From: Planctomycetota bacterium
GTDB taxonomy: Bacteria > Planctomycetota > B15-G4
Assembly: GCA_038212275.1 (NCBI GenBank)
Contig: JBBQUR010000010.1
Location: forward strand, 1 to 64,000
DNA: 64,000 bases
Direction: 5' to 3'
Position 1 is the first letter of the stretch; the number at the start of each line of letters is the position of its first letter. The notes below the pieces were generated by a model. That model was not told the DNA's origin. It saw nothing but the letters and a program-made list of their open reading frames with translations, and searched no databases. Shown here one piece after another: positions 10,003 through 19,651 of the stretch. A program made the position numbers and the translations under genes.

Positions 10003-10223
10003 GGCAAGGCGTTCCGCACGGGGTGGGCCGACATGGTAACCGGGGAGGGATGAGGATGGCACCGTGCGGGGCGGCTGCCGCCGGCGATCCGGCGCCGCCG
10101 CACGGCCACCGAACGGCCGTGGCGCCCGAGTGAAGGCCCCTTGCAGTCCGGCTCGCGGCCTCGGCTACACTGGCTCCTTTCGCTGCCTCGCTCGAAGACA
10201 ACCCTCCAACGAGTGCTCATCCC

Positions 10224-11153
10224 ATGCTCACCACGCTGCTCGTCCTCGTCACGGCCACTTTCTCCGCACAGGACGCGGGCACGGGAGTGGCGACATCGCC
10301 CCCCCCGCCGCCTCGGGCGGACGCTCAGGCCGAGACAGCGCCCGAGGTGCGTGACTTCATGCTGGACTCCGAGAAACTCCTCTACGACCCGCAGGCCGCC
10401 GGCCTGAAGAGCGTGGAGTTCGACGCGGCTGTCGAGGTTCCGAACCTCGGGCCCGTCGGCAGCGTGCACGTGTCGTGGGCCGATGGCGCCAACACGACCG
10501 TCGTCTTCGCCAAGGATCCCGCTGTCCAGATTCCGCCCGGCATCCCGCCCGAGTTGCTCACGCTGAGCGGCGAGGAATTCGGTCGCGACTTCCTCGACCA
10601 GATGCTCAACCGTCGCATCAGCCCGCTTCTCCAGGAGTCGCTGGCGAAAATGGAGCCGCCGCAGAACGGCATGGTGTGCATCAGCGTGGCGCGCGAGGCC
10701 GAGCGCGCGCAGCGCATCAAGGAGCACACCATTTTCTTCGACGAGGACGGTGTGCTGAAGGTGTCCAAGCTGCTCATGGATACACAGGGCATGGGCGTTC
10801 CCTTCTCCACGCTGCCGATCACCGAGACCTACACGTGGAAGCCGGTTGGTCCGGGCAGCGAGCTGCTCGTGCTCGAAATGCGCCAGGGCGAGCAGGACTA
10901 TGGCGCGCTCGGCAAGGAAAAGACGACCACGACTTTCGACTACACCGTGGTGGACAACATGGCGCTGGTGACCGGCATGACCATCGAAAGCGAGCGACCG
11001 GCGATGATGGGCGGCCGTACCCGGCACCAAGCCACGCTGCGCGGCCTCGTGGTGAATGGCAAGCCGGCGACGGTCACGCCTGCTACTGCGCCGGCCGCCG
11101 CGCCTGCCGACCCCGCGTCCCCCGCCGACCCGAACTCTCCGACCGGGCACTGA
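10224..11153 (+). CDS. Hypothetical exported beta-rich protein
   Basis: Signal peptide MLTTLLVLVTATFSAQ; strongly biased codons; Ala/Pro-rich tail. Confidence 0.75.
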   Translation: MLTTLLVLVTATFSAQDAGTGVATSPPPPPRADAQAETAPEVRDFMLDSEKLLYDPQAAGLKSVEFDAAVEVPNLGPVGSVHVSWADGANTTVVFAKDPAVQIPPGIPPELLTLSGEEFGRDFLDQMLNRRISPLLQESLAKMEPPQNGMVCISVAREAERAQRIKEHTIFFDEDGVLKVSKLLMDTQGMGVPFSTLPITETYTWKPVGPGSELLVLEMRQGEQDYGALGKEKTTTTFDYTVVDNMALVTGMTIESERPAMMGGRTRHQATLRGLVVNGKPATVTPATAPAAAPADPASPADPNSPTGH

Positions 11154-11192
11154 GGCCGTCGGGAAGCCGCATCGCTCAGCGGGCGGTGCGCG

Positions 11193-12824
11193 CTACTCCT
11201 CGCCGTGCCGCGACTCGACCTCGCTGAACACGCGGTCGAGCACGTCGATCATCTGGTCGATCTCGCGCGTGAGCACGTCGGTCAGCAGCACGATGCGCAG
11301 GCGCGAGAGCTCACCCCTGTTGCCGCAGCCGAGCAGTTTCGCGCCGAGGCGCCAGCCGGTCTCTATGACTTCCTCGCGGTGCCGCACCGTCAGCCCCCAC
11401 ATGCCGGCCAGGCCCGAGAACTCGGGAAAGACGTCGGGATGGCGTGCGGACAGGTCGGCCAGGCGCAGGCGCACGTACTCGCCCTTGAGGCGCGAGTTCT
11501 GCAAGCAGGTGCGGCCCTCGAACAGCGGCTCGCGCGCGTGCGTCAGCGTGTCGATCGTCGCCCAGGCCATGTTGACGTCGAAGAACTTGCCGCCGCCGAA
11601 GGTGTTGCTGTGCCAGCCGACGTGCATGTCGTCCGCATACCGGGCGCGCGCGACCGTGAAGCCCACTACCGCGCCCTTGCTCGCCCAGAGGATGTCGGGC
11701 TGCACCTCGAAGTGCTCCGCGGCATAGAGCGCGCCGGTGCGTCCGAACGACTGCACTTCGTCGGCGCCGAACAGGATGTGCCGCTCGGAGCAGGCCCTCG
11801 CGATGGCCGACAGCCAGGCGCCGTCCGCGAAGTGATAGCCGCCCTCGCCCTGGTAGCACTCCACGGCGAAGAGCGCTGCCAGGTCCACGGGAACGCGGCC
11901 GGCTGCAATGACCCCGGCGACGCCGCCGGGCGCGTCGAGAATCTGCGTGATCGGTCGATCGTCGATGAGCTTCGTGAAGTCCTCGGCGCGCCCGTTGAAC
12001 GGGATGTGCTTCACCCAGCGACACTTGCTGAACGCGACGTGGTGGGACTTCTTGCTCCACGTGAGGTTGAGCACGCCGAGCGTGCGACCGTGAAAGGCGC
12101 CGTCGCAGCCGAAGAGGAAGAAGGGATAGTCGGCGTAGAGCGGGTCCTGCAGCGCACCCGGGTCGAGGTCGAAGTGCGTGATGCGCGGGATGCCGAGGTC
12201 GGACATGAGCCGTGCGAAGACGCCGGCGCCGTGCTTGCGCAGGAAGCGCCGGTAGCAGTGGAGCTGCCCCAGCTTGATCGCGGCCTCGCCGGCTTCCGCG
12301 CCGCTGTTGCTGAAGAACACGCGAAAGGCGCCGGCGCCCGGGAAGGCCTTCTGCGTGAGGCTCGTGATCAACTCGGCCAGATCCTGCGTGGTGTGCAGGT
12401 GTTCGGGGCGCTCGCTCATCACGAGATAGTCGTCGGTGTTGATCTCGCGGCGGAAGGCGAGGCCGCTTGCGACGAGCGCGCGCAGCGTTGCGACGAAGAC
12501 CTCGTGATGCTCGTCGATGAGTTTCTGGGCGACGCCCTGATAGAGGTCCAGGTAGACGCCGGCCGGCGAATCCACGTACATGCCCGCGGCGGGGTACGAG
12601 AGATCCACCACGGGGCAGCTGGAGGAGATCGTGTTCGGGAAGATCAGCCGTGCGTGCTCGGCCTTCGCCTCGTCATATGCCGAATGCGGCGTGCCCTCGT
12701 GGGACACCGTCGCGGTGCCGCGGTTCAGGCGGCGGCCGCATACCACATGATCCGGGAGGTTCAGGCGTGCGGTCTCGGCGAGCAGGTCATAGCCATCGAT
12801 GACGATGCTCTCCGACGCGCTCAC
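11193..12824 (-). CDS. Class III PLP-dependent aminotransferase
   Basis: FFSNSGAEA, GAFHGRTLG, QGEGG, DEVQSFGRTG, SKG (PLP lysine), SNTFGG; GTG start overlaps the pyrI stop (GTGA). Confidence 0.85.
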   Translation of the reverse strand: MSASESIVIDGYDLLAETARLNLPDHVVCGRRLNRGTATVSHEGTPHSAYDEAKAEHARLIFPNTISSSCPVVDLSYPAAGMYVDSPAGVYLDLYQGVAQKLIDEHHEVFVATLRALVASGLAFRREINTDDYLVMSERPEHLHTTQDLAELITSLTQKAFPGAGAFRVFFSNSGAEAGEAAIKLGQLHCYRRFLRKHGAGVFARLMSDLGIPRITHFDLDPGALQDPLYADYPFFLFGCDGAFHGRTLGVLNLTWSKKSHHVAFSKCRWVKHIPFNGRAEDFTKLIDDRPITQILDAPGGVAGVIAAGRVPVDLAALFAVECYQGEGGYHFADGAWLSAIARACSERHILFGADEVQSFGRTGALYAAEHFEVQPDILWASKGAVVGFTVARARYADDMHVGWHSNTFGGGKFFDVNMAWATIDTLTHAREPLFEGRTCLQNSRLKGEYVRLRLADLSARHPDVFPEFSGLAGMWGLTVRHREEVIETGWRLGAKLLGCGNRGELSRLRIVLLTDVLTREIDQMIDVLDRVFSEVESRHGEE

Positions 12825-13345
12825 AGCAGCTCGATCTCTTCCTTGCGGAGAGACCGTTCGCAGTAGTGGCAGCGAACGCGGATGGGGTCGGTGCGCAACA
12901 CCGTGAACTTGGTGGACATCCACGGCGCGGTAGACACGCAGGACGGATTCGGGCAGCGGATCATGTTCTCGATCTGCTCCGGCAGCGTCGGCGTGAACTT
13001 GTCCACCACCTGGTAGTCACGGATGATCGAGAAGCTCGCGCGCGGGGAGATGAGCGCGATGCGACTCACCTCCTCGGGAGTGACCTCGCGCTTCTCGATC
13101 TTGATGATGTCCTTGCGGCCGGCCTTGCGACTGTCGAGGTTCAGGCCGATGGTCACGGCGCCCTCGAACTTGATGCCGAGCACGGTGAGCACCTTCAGCG
13201 CCGTGCCGGCGACGAGATGATCGATCACGGTGCCCTCGCGCAACGCGGTGACCTTGATCTGCTTGTCCCCGGACTGCGGGACTGCGGCGCGCGCTTCGGC
13301 CGGGCGCTTCTCGCCGGAGCGGGGATCTGCGGCCTGCTCACTCAC
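12821..13345 (-). CDS. pyrI: Aspartate carbamoyltransferase regulatory chain
   Basis: GTVIDHL, KDIIKIE, and Zn ligands CPNPSC and CHYCE. Confidence 0.96.
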   Translation of the reverse strand: MSEQAADPRSGEKRPAEARAAVPQSGDKQIKVTALREGTVIDHLVAGTALKVLTVLGIKFEGAVTIGLNLDSRKAGRKDIIKIEKREVTPEEVSRIALISPRASFSIIRDYQVVDKFTPTLPEQIENMIRCPNPSCVSTAPWMSTKFTVLRTDPIRVRCHYCERSLRKEEIELL

Positions 13346-14279
13346 GCGACACCCCCAGCAGCATCGAGAGCACGGCCTTGCGGACGGTGACGCCGTTGCG
13401 CGCCTGGTCGAAGTATGCCGAGCCCGGATAGTCGTCCAGGTCGCGGCTGATTTCCTGCAACCTCGGCAGCGGGTGCATCACGGTCACGCTGCCGCCGATG
13501 CGCTCGATGCTGGCGCGGTCGATGCGGTAGGCGTTCTTGACCTTCTCGTATTCCACCGCATCGGGGAAGCGCTCCTGCTGGATGCGCGTCGTGTAGAGGA
13601 TGTCCACGTCCGAAGCGATCGAGAAGAAGTCCTCGTCCTCGGAGTAGACCGTGCCGCGTGCGTCCAGCTCCTCCAGGAACTCGGCGGGCATGCGCAGCGT
13701 CGGCGGCGACACCAGGAAGATCTCGTTGTCGAAGTGCGTGAGCGTCTCGATCAGCGAATGCACCGTGCGGCTGTACTTGAGGTCACCGATGAAGGCGATC
13801 TTCAGGTTGTCGAGCCTGCCGCGCTTCTGGCGGATCGTGTAGAGGTCGAGGAGCGTCTGCGTCGGGTGCTGGTTCGTGCCGTCGCCGGCATTGATCACCG
13901 GAAGCCCGGTGCTCTCGGCCGCAAGCCTCGCGGCGCCTTCGAGCGGGTGCCGGATGAGCACGATGTCGCAGTAGTTCTCGACGACGCGGATCGTGTCGAC
14001 CAGCGACTCGCCCTTGGCGGTGCTCGAGACCTTCGCGTCGGCGAAACCGATGACGTTCCCGCCGAGTCGGTGCATCGCGCTCGAGAATGAGAGATTCGTC
14101 CGCGTGCTGGGCTCGAAGAACAGCGAGCCCAGCACCTTGCCGTGCAGGATCGGGTGCGTGTAGTTCTCGAATGCGGACGCCTCGTCCAGGAAGGCGAGGA
14201 GTTCCTCGCGGCTGATGTCGCGCATCGAGATCAGATCGCGACCCGCGAGCACGGGCGTGCCGGTGGCCTTCGACGTCAC
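13338..14279 (-). CDS. pyrB: Aspartate carbamoyltransferase catalytic chain
   Basis: FFEPSTRT, KGESL, NAGDG..QHPTQ, TRIQQERF, MHPLPR; GTG start at 14279 with a GGGAG ribosome-binding site. Confidence 0.97.
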   Translation of the reverse strand: MTSKATGTPVLAGRDLISMRDISREELLAFLDEASAFENYTHPILHGKVLGSLFFEPSTRTNLSFSSAMHRLGGNVIGFADAKVSSTAKGESLVDTIRVVENYCDIVLIRHPLEGAARLAAESTGLPVINAGDGTNQHPTQTLLDLYTIRQKRGRLDNLKIAFIGDLKYSRTVHSLIETLTHFDNEIFLVSPPTLRMPAEFLEELDARGTVYSEDEDFFSIASDVDILYTTRIQQERFPDAVEYEKVKNAYRIDRASIERIGGSVTVMHPLPRLQEISRDLDDYPGSAYFDQARNGVTVRKAVLSMLLGVSRE

Positions 14280-14343
14280 GGGTGTCTCCCTGGGATCGCG
14301 ACCGCCGCGTCGCACCGCGCGCGAGCGGCGACCGACGATCGTA

Positions 14344-15033
14344 TCAGTTGCCCTCGATGGCCGCTCGCGCTCGTGCTTCGGCGGCCTCCATGCCGCGAGC
14401 GAGGATCGGCGACCATGTCTCACGCAGCTCGGCGCGCGTCGCACCGCCGGGCACGCGGATCTCGGGGCCATAAGCAATGGCGGCGCGACAGAGCGGCTTG
14501 CCGATCACGTGCGCATCCCAGCTCCGGGTGCGCCAGGCGCGGTCCACCCACAAGCCCACGGGCACGATCGGCAGCCCCGTGCGACTGGACGCGAAGAGGA
14601 TGCCCTCCTTGATCTCGCGGGCCGGGCCGCGTGGTCCGTCGATCGCCACGGCGAGGTCGGAGCTTGACTCCCGCGCGAAGCGGGCGATCTCCAGCATCGC
14701 GCGCGCCCCGCCGCGCGTGCTCGAACCGCGGACCAGGTGGAAGCCCAGTCGCCGCATGACGCGGGCGATGATCTCGCCGTCACGGTGTTCGCTGACCAGC
14801 GCGTGCACGTCCCGGTGCCCGACAGCGGAAATCGTGTGCCAGAGGCTTGCGTGCCAGCTGGCGTAGATGCAACGCACATCCTCCCCGGCAAGGCGTCGCT
14901 GACTGCAGGAGCTATCCAGAATCCGCGTGCGGTAGGTGGCGTGGAGCAGGTGATGCAGCACCGCCACCGCTCTCGAGAGCAGCTCGATGCGAAACTTCTC
15001 GACTCGCGGATTCCGGACTCTCTTCGCTGACAT
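14344..15033 (-). CDS. DUF374 / lysophospholipid acyltransferase family protein
   Basis: SWH, LVSEHRDGEII, VRGSSTRGG, DGPRGP, SWD motifs. Confidence 0.85.
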   Translation of the reverse strand: MSAKRVRNPRVEKFRIELLSRAVAVLHHLLHATYRTRILDSSCSQRRLAGEDVRCIYASWHASLWHTISAVGHRDVHALVSEHRDGEIIARVMRRLGFHLVRGSSTRGGARAMLEIARFARESSSDLAVAIDGPRGPAREIKEGILFASSRTGLPIVPVGLWVDRAWRTRSWDAHVIGKPLCRAAIAYGPEIRVPGGATRAELRETWSPILARGMEAAEARARAAIEGN

Positions 15034-15146
15034 GCTGCCAGGCATTCTATGCATGACAGCTCTGCCGGCTGCGGATCCTGCGCTCCCGCGGAGCGAGGCG
15101 CATGGATTCCCGATCCGCCTCCGCAACCAGCGACGTCGGGACGCCT

Positions 15147-17315
15147 CTACTTCCTGGACTTGGCGATGTCGTCGCCCGATCCATCCTGGTCGACCCCGTC
15201 AGGGCCGGTGCTCCAGAGGACGGGTTTGCCCTTCTCGTTGAACTTGAGTCGGTATGGGTTGCCCCACGGGTCCACCGGCACCTCGGGCCTGCCGAGGCAG
15301 CCGTCGGGGTAGTGGGCGAGCGGTCGCACGAGCTCGCCGAGCGAGTCGGGATAGGACTTCTCGCTGATCTTGTAGACCGTCATGCCGGCGCTGATCTGCG
15401 CCAGATCATCCTGCACCTGCTCTTCGGGCGTCGTCTCGCGCGCCTGCACGAGCGTTTCACCGCTGGCACGCGCTGCAGCGAGCGCCCCCGCCGTGAGCAA
15501 CAGCGGCACGAAGTCGGCGACGGCAAACTGCGACACGCCACGCTCGACGAACGTCCCGCCGTCCTTGTCTGCGAAACTCGCGGCATAGGAACTGCCGAGG
15601 TGCTTGGTGATGCTTCCCTCGGTCGGCAGCAGCGAGAAGTCCAGCGGCAGATCGAGGTTGCCGCCGAACATGCCTGCAACACCCGAGAGCTGACCGTACA
15701 TCGCGCCGAACGTCACGGCGCTGTTCGAGAAGGACACGCCGCGCACCACGCCGGACTTGCCGACTGACGCGATGAAATCCATGAACTCCTTGTTCTCGGT
15801 GATCGAGCCGGTGCCCGCGCTGCCATTGAGGTCCGACTTCAGCGTCTTCGGAGACTCGAGGCTCGCGACAAACTCGTTCCCATCGAAAGCGAACGCGGGC
15901 TGCATCCCTGCTGCTGCGAACGGGGTGCGGGAAAGGTCGAGTTCGAAGAAGCGGTGGCCTTCGTGATCCGACTCCTTCAGCGCGAGAGGAGTCTCCTTCA
16001 TGAACATCTCGCTCGCATTCGTGACGAGCGACTGCAGCGCCGTCGCGAAGGCGTCCGGATCGTTCAGTCCGACGCGCATCACGCTCGCCGGAGTTCCCGG
16101 AAAGCCTTCACCCGGAACCGAGAAGGAGACGAAATTGCCGTGCACATTGGCGAAGAGGTCCTTGCGCAGGTCGGATTCGCCCATGACCTTCTTGAGCGTG
16201 CTGTTGGCCTCGGCAAATTCTTCCGGGGCGATGGCCTCGAACGTGTTCATCAGGAAGTCGTACACGTCTCCCAGGCCGTCGATGCTTCCCCCGGAGACGC
16301 CGAGACTGTTTCCCGGCACACGCCCCAGCCGGGCCAGATCGAATGCCTGCTCGCTCGACAGCAGGTGCGGGATGAGGCCCTTTGCGTCCCGTTCAATCGA
16401 CGTCGCGGAGGTGCTCAGCAATCGACCGCTCGTGTCGCGACTCGACACGCTGCCCACCCACTGCAGCGCCTTCACGCCCAGGTTGTCGATTGCAGCGGCG
16501 ATCTTCGGAGCAAGTTCCGAGAACTCGGGGTGCTCGTGCGCCGCGAAGCCCAACGCCGCGTCGACGATGCCGACCATGGCGCCGACGCGCACGAAGCTCG
16601 TTGAGCAACCGGGCTGCAGACCGCCGCCGGCGCTGAGCAGCTTCTGGTATTCGGGAGCGTCGGCAAGACGTCCGAGCTCCCCGCCCTTGGCGTCGAAGCG
16701 ATCCATCACGCTGAACAACGAACGTTCCGAAGCGCTCGCCACGGCGAGATTGCCGAGAAACGCGAGGGAGATGCTCCAGCCCTCGTCGCCCGTCTTGCGG
16801 AAGTAGTCGTGCCCCCCGTGATGCGCGAGCTCTTCCGGCGCCGGGACCCTGGTCCATAGCGCCTTCACGAGGCCGACATCGTTCGCGTCGAGCAGCTCCA
16901 CCCCCATCACGACGCCGATGTCGGGAAAGACCGGCTTTCCTTCGCTCCCCGCAGGGGGAAGCGAGAAGTGAGTCAGCGCGAGGAACATCTTGCCGAGCGC
17001 CGGTCCGTTGGCGCCGCCCGACATCATGTCCGCAAGCGAGATGTTCCGGCCTTCGGCCTCCGCAATGCCGCTGTCCTTGATCGCGCCGTCGATCACTGCC
17101 TGCGCCGCAGCAACGGGCTTCTGGAGAAACGCTTTCACCTCGGGCTCGGCAAGGATCTGATTCATGGCCGAGTTCTTGGAACTCTGGCTCGACAGCTTGA
17201 CGCTGTGCGTGCCGAAGTAGAGCAGCGTGTCGCGAGGCACCAGTGCCGCGGGATCCTCGATCTGCTGGGGCGACGGCGAGGCGAGAACCATTGCGGCGGC
17301 GAACGCGAGCAACAT
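15147..17315 (-). CDS. Exported DUF3352-like protein with a C-terminal GspG (type II secretion pseudopilin) domain
   Basis: AAGGAG ribosome-binding site, then signal peptide MLLAFAAAMVLA; C-terminal YPDSLGELV...PVDPWGNPY...WSTGPDG...DDI. Confidence 0.7.
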   Translation of the reverse strand: MLLAFAAAMVLASPSPQQIEDPAALVPRDTLLYFGTHSVKLSSQSSKNSAMNQILAEPEVKAFLQKPVAAAQAVIDGAIKDSGIAEAEGRNISLADMMSGGANGPALGKMFLALTHFSLPPAGSEGKPVFPDIGVVMGVELLDANDVGLVKALWTRVPAPEELAHHGGHDYFRKTGDEGWSISLAFLGNLAVASASERSLFSVMDRFDAKGGELGRLADAPEYQKLLSAGGGLQPGCSTSFVRVGAMVGIVDAALGFAAHEHPEFSELAPKIAAAIDNLGVKALQWVGSVSSRDTSGRLLSTSATSIERDAKGLIPHLLSSEQAFDLARLGRVPGNSLGVSGGSIDGLGDVYDFLMNTFEAIAPEEFAEANSTLKKVMGESDLRKDLFANVHGNFVSFSVPGEGFPGTPASVMRVGLNDPDAFATALQSLVTNASEMFMKETPLALKESDHEGHRFFELDLSRTPFAAAGMQPAFAFDGNEFVASLESPKTLKSDLNGSAGTGSITENKEFMDFIASVGKSGVVRGVSFSNSAVTFGAMYGQLSGVAGMFGGNLDLPLDFSLLPTEGSITKHLGSSYAASFADKDGGTFVERGVSQFAVADFVPLLLTAGALAAARASGETLVQARETTPEEQVQDDLAQISAGMTVYKISEKSYPDSLGELVRPLAHYPDGCLGRPEVPVDPWGNPYRLKFNEKGKPVLWSTGPDGVDQDGSGDDIAKSRK

Positions 17316-18159
17316 CAGGCAGCTCCTTGGCGGGTGGCGGCAGCCGACGACAAGAGTTGCGCGCCCGGGGAGGGGCTCATGCGCGCGTGTCGCGACCGTT
17401 CCGCTGATGATGACCGACGAACGCGAAGCACCACAAGGCTTGGCGGGACCCAGCCACCGAAACGACACCCCCGACTCGGTGGCAAGCTGTCACGGGATCG
17501 GGGCGCTCTCCCTGTTCTCCATGCGTGCCATGTGCTCGATGCGAGCCGTGCGCGCCGGCACTTCGTGCGTGCTTGTGCGTGGCCAGCGTCATTCGAATCG
17601 GGTGTCCTGGATCAGCAGTTTCGGCACCTTCGTTCGAGGCGCACCGAGAGGGTGAATCAGGCGCAGTCGAAAGCTGTCTCTGGCTGAGCCGCACGAATCC
17701 GCGGTCTCGACTCGTTCAGGCGATACCGACCTCCACCTCGGCGGCCTTCACCCGAGTCGAGCTCAAGCGGCGACTGCGAGGCGAACTCCACGCCAGGACG
17801 CATCGTCGGCCCGTGGCAGACGTCGGTACGGGCTGCTGCCCCGGCCGAGGCAGGCACCGCCCACGTGCGGAAACGGGCTCTCCTCAGCTATGACTGCGCA
17901 CGCTTCCGAGGTCCACCCGTTCGCGTCCCCCGCCAGAGGCCCTTGCTCAGGTTTGCCCTCGCGCGCAGAATGCACGCGGATGTCTGGTCGTTCCAGGCTG
18001 CAACTCTTAGCTACGCATGTCCGCGCATGGGGATGATTCCTCAGTGCCGAGTAAGGCGAGTCCGCCGAGGCAACCAGACTGGCCGCACACGCGATAACTA
18101 CCGTATTGTGGCTGTAAACGTAGGCCATTTAACCATCACAGTCACCCACGGAGAACTCT

Positions 18160-18528
18160 GTGCACCCCCTCTTCAAGGTCCTGATCGTTGCTGCAGTCCT
18201 GGCAATCATCGCCGTCATCTACCAGTCCCAGCAGCAGGCAGATGATCAATCCGGCTGGTCGCAGTACGGTGTCGCAGAGGCGCAGGGCTTCACGGTGGAA
18301 GCGCTTGAGGCTGCGCAGGACCAGACGCACGGCACGTCTGCCGAGCCTTGGATCGCCTATCAGCTGGCTGTGAAGCTTTATGAGTCGGGCGGGCGCGCAA
18401 ATCTCGATCGCTCCCTGCAACTCGCGAAGGAAACGCTCAGGATGTTTCCCGACCATCCCATTGCCGAGCGCCTGCGAAACCTGATCCAGATGACCGACAG
18501 CTATGCCGGAGTCGCAGACGCTGCATGA
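18160..18528 (+). CDS. Small membrane-anchored TPR-like protein (YfgM-like)
   Basis: GGAG ribosome-binding site; N-terminal transmembrane helix; helical repeats ending in FPDHPIAE. Confidence 0.6.
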   Translation: MHPLFKVLIVAAVLAIIAVIYQSQQQADDQSGWSQYGVAEAQGFTVEALEAAQDQTHGTSAEPWIAYQLAVKLYESGGRANLDRSLQLAKETLRMFPDHPIAERLRNLIQMTDSYAGVADAA

Positions 18529-18660
18529 CCGGTCAGGCGATGGTGCGCGGCTGAGCAGAGCTTGAGGGCGTGCCTTCACGCAAGTGAACTGAGTGACCGG
18601 CTGTCCGCTCGGCGGGCCCAGCGGGCGTGTGGCTCTCGGTTGCTGAAGCTTCGATGGTGA

Positions 18661-19545
18661 TCACGCCTCGGCAGCCAGAGCGCCGGCGGTCAACAAGAGG
18701 TGCAACAGACGGTCGCGATCCTTGTCCGAGTAGAACATGAATCGGACTTCGCCACGGCCACCCTTGTCGTTAATAGACACCTTAGTTCCGTATATAACGC
18801 GTAGTTGTTCTTCGTAATCTCGGATTGCGGTTCGTGATCTGGGCGAGCCGGCGACGTGCCTGCGCTGAGCCCGTTTCGAGTGTTGCTGAGCCCTTCGCTC
18901 GACTTCGCGCACGGACAGGCTGTCGCGTGACGCAGCCTCGGCCAACGCAATCATCTGCTCGCCACTGCCAGCTGCCAGCACGGCTCGAGCCTGCCCTGCG
19001 GAGAGCGCGCCGGCGTGGAGAAGTCGCTTCACGCCATCTGGCAGGTCCAGCAGGCGCAGGGCGTTTGTCACGGCGGCCCTGCTCTTGCCGACTCGCTCCG
19101 ACAGAGCCTGGTGCGTCAAGTCGGCTCGGGCGAGCAGCGCGTCATATGCTGCAGCCTCTTCCAAAGCGTTGAGGTTTTCGCGCTGGATGTTCTCGATCAA
19201 GGCCAATTCGAGTGACCGCGAACCGCTCGCCTCGATGACGAGCGCCGGAACGGTGAGCCTTCCCGCCAGCCGAGACGCCCTCAGCCGCCGCTCTCCCGCC
19301 ACGAGCTGATAAACGCCTGCAATACGCTGCACCACAATGGGTTGCAGTACTCCGTATTGTCCGATGGACTTCGCCAGACCTTCCAAAGCAGCCTCGTTGA
19401 TGATCTGTCGCGGCTGGTCCGGATTGGGATGCACATCTCCCACAGGCAACTCAAAGACTCGCTGCTGAGCCTCCAGTTCGGACGGGATCGCCGTGGTTCG
19501 GGAGATGAGGCTGTCGAGCCCCTTGCCGAGTCTGCGCTCGCTCAT
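18661..19545 (-). CDS. parB: Chromosome partitioning protein ParB/Spo0J
   Basis: LGKGLDSLI, NPDQPR, GERRLRA CTP-binding box, IENIQRENL, HTH VGKSRAAVTNALRLL; alternative GTG start at 19554. Confidence 0.95.
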   Translation of the reverse strand: MSERRLGKGLDSLISRTTAIPSELEAQQRVFELPVGDVHPNPDQPRQIINEAALEGLAKSIGQYGVLQPIVVQRIAGVYQLVAGERRLRASRLAGRLTVPALVIEASGSRSLELALIENIQRENLNALEEAAAYDALLARADLTHQALSERVGKSRAAVTNALRLLDLPDGVKRLLHAGALSAGQARAVLAAGSGEQMIALAEAASRDSLSVREVERRAQQHSKRAQRRHVAGSPRSRTAIRDYEEQLRVIYGTKVSINDKGGRGEVRFMFYSDKDRDRLLHLLLTAGALAAEA

Positions 19546-19601
19546 GCCGGTCACTCCGAGATCCAGCAGAAGCTAGTCGGCCAGACGGTGTCGATCAATC
19601 A

Positions 19602-19617
19602 TGTTTCACGTGAAACA
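19602..19617. promoter_or_regulatory. parS centromere-like site
   Basis: Perfect palindrome TGTTTCACGTGAAACA matching the chromosomal parS consensus, directly upstream of parB. Confidence 0.95.
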
Positions 19618-19651
19618 TCGGTCGACCCGGTCGCTCGCCGCATTCGCGCAG

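Noticed and set aside
8435..12866. Overlapping ORFs 8435..10201, 8551..10053 and 11205..12866
   Set aside because: Arg/Ala-rich off-frame or antisense shadows of purF and the aminotransferase
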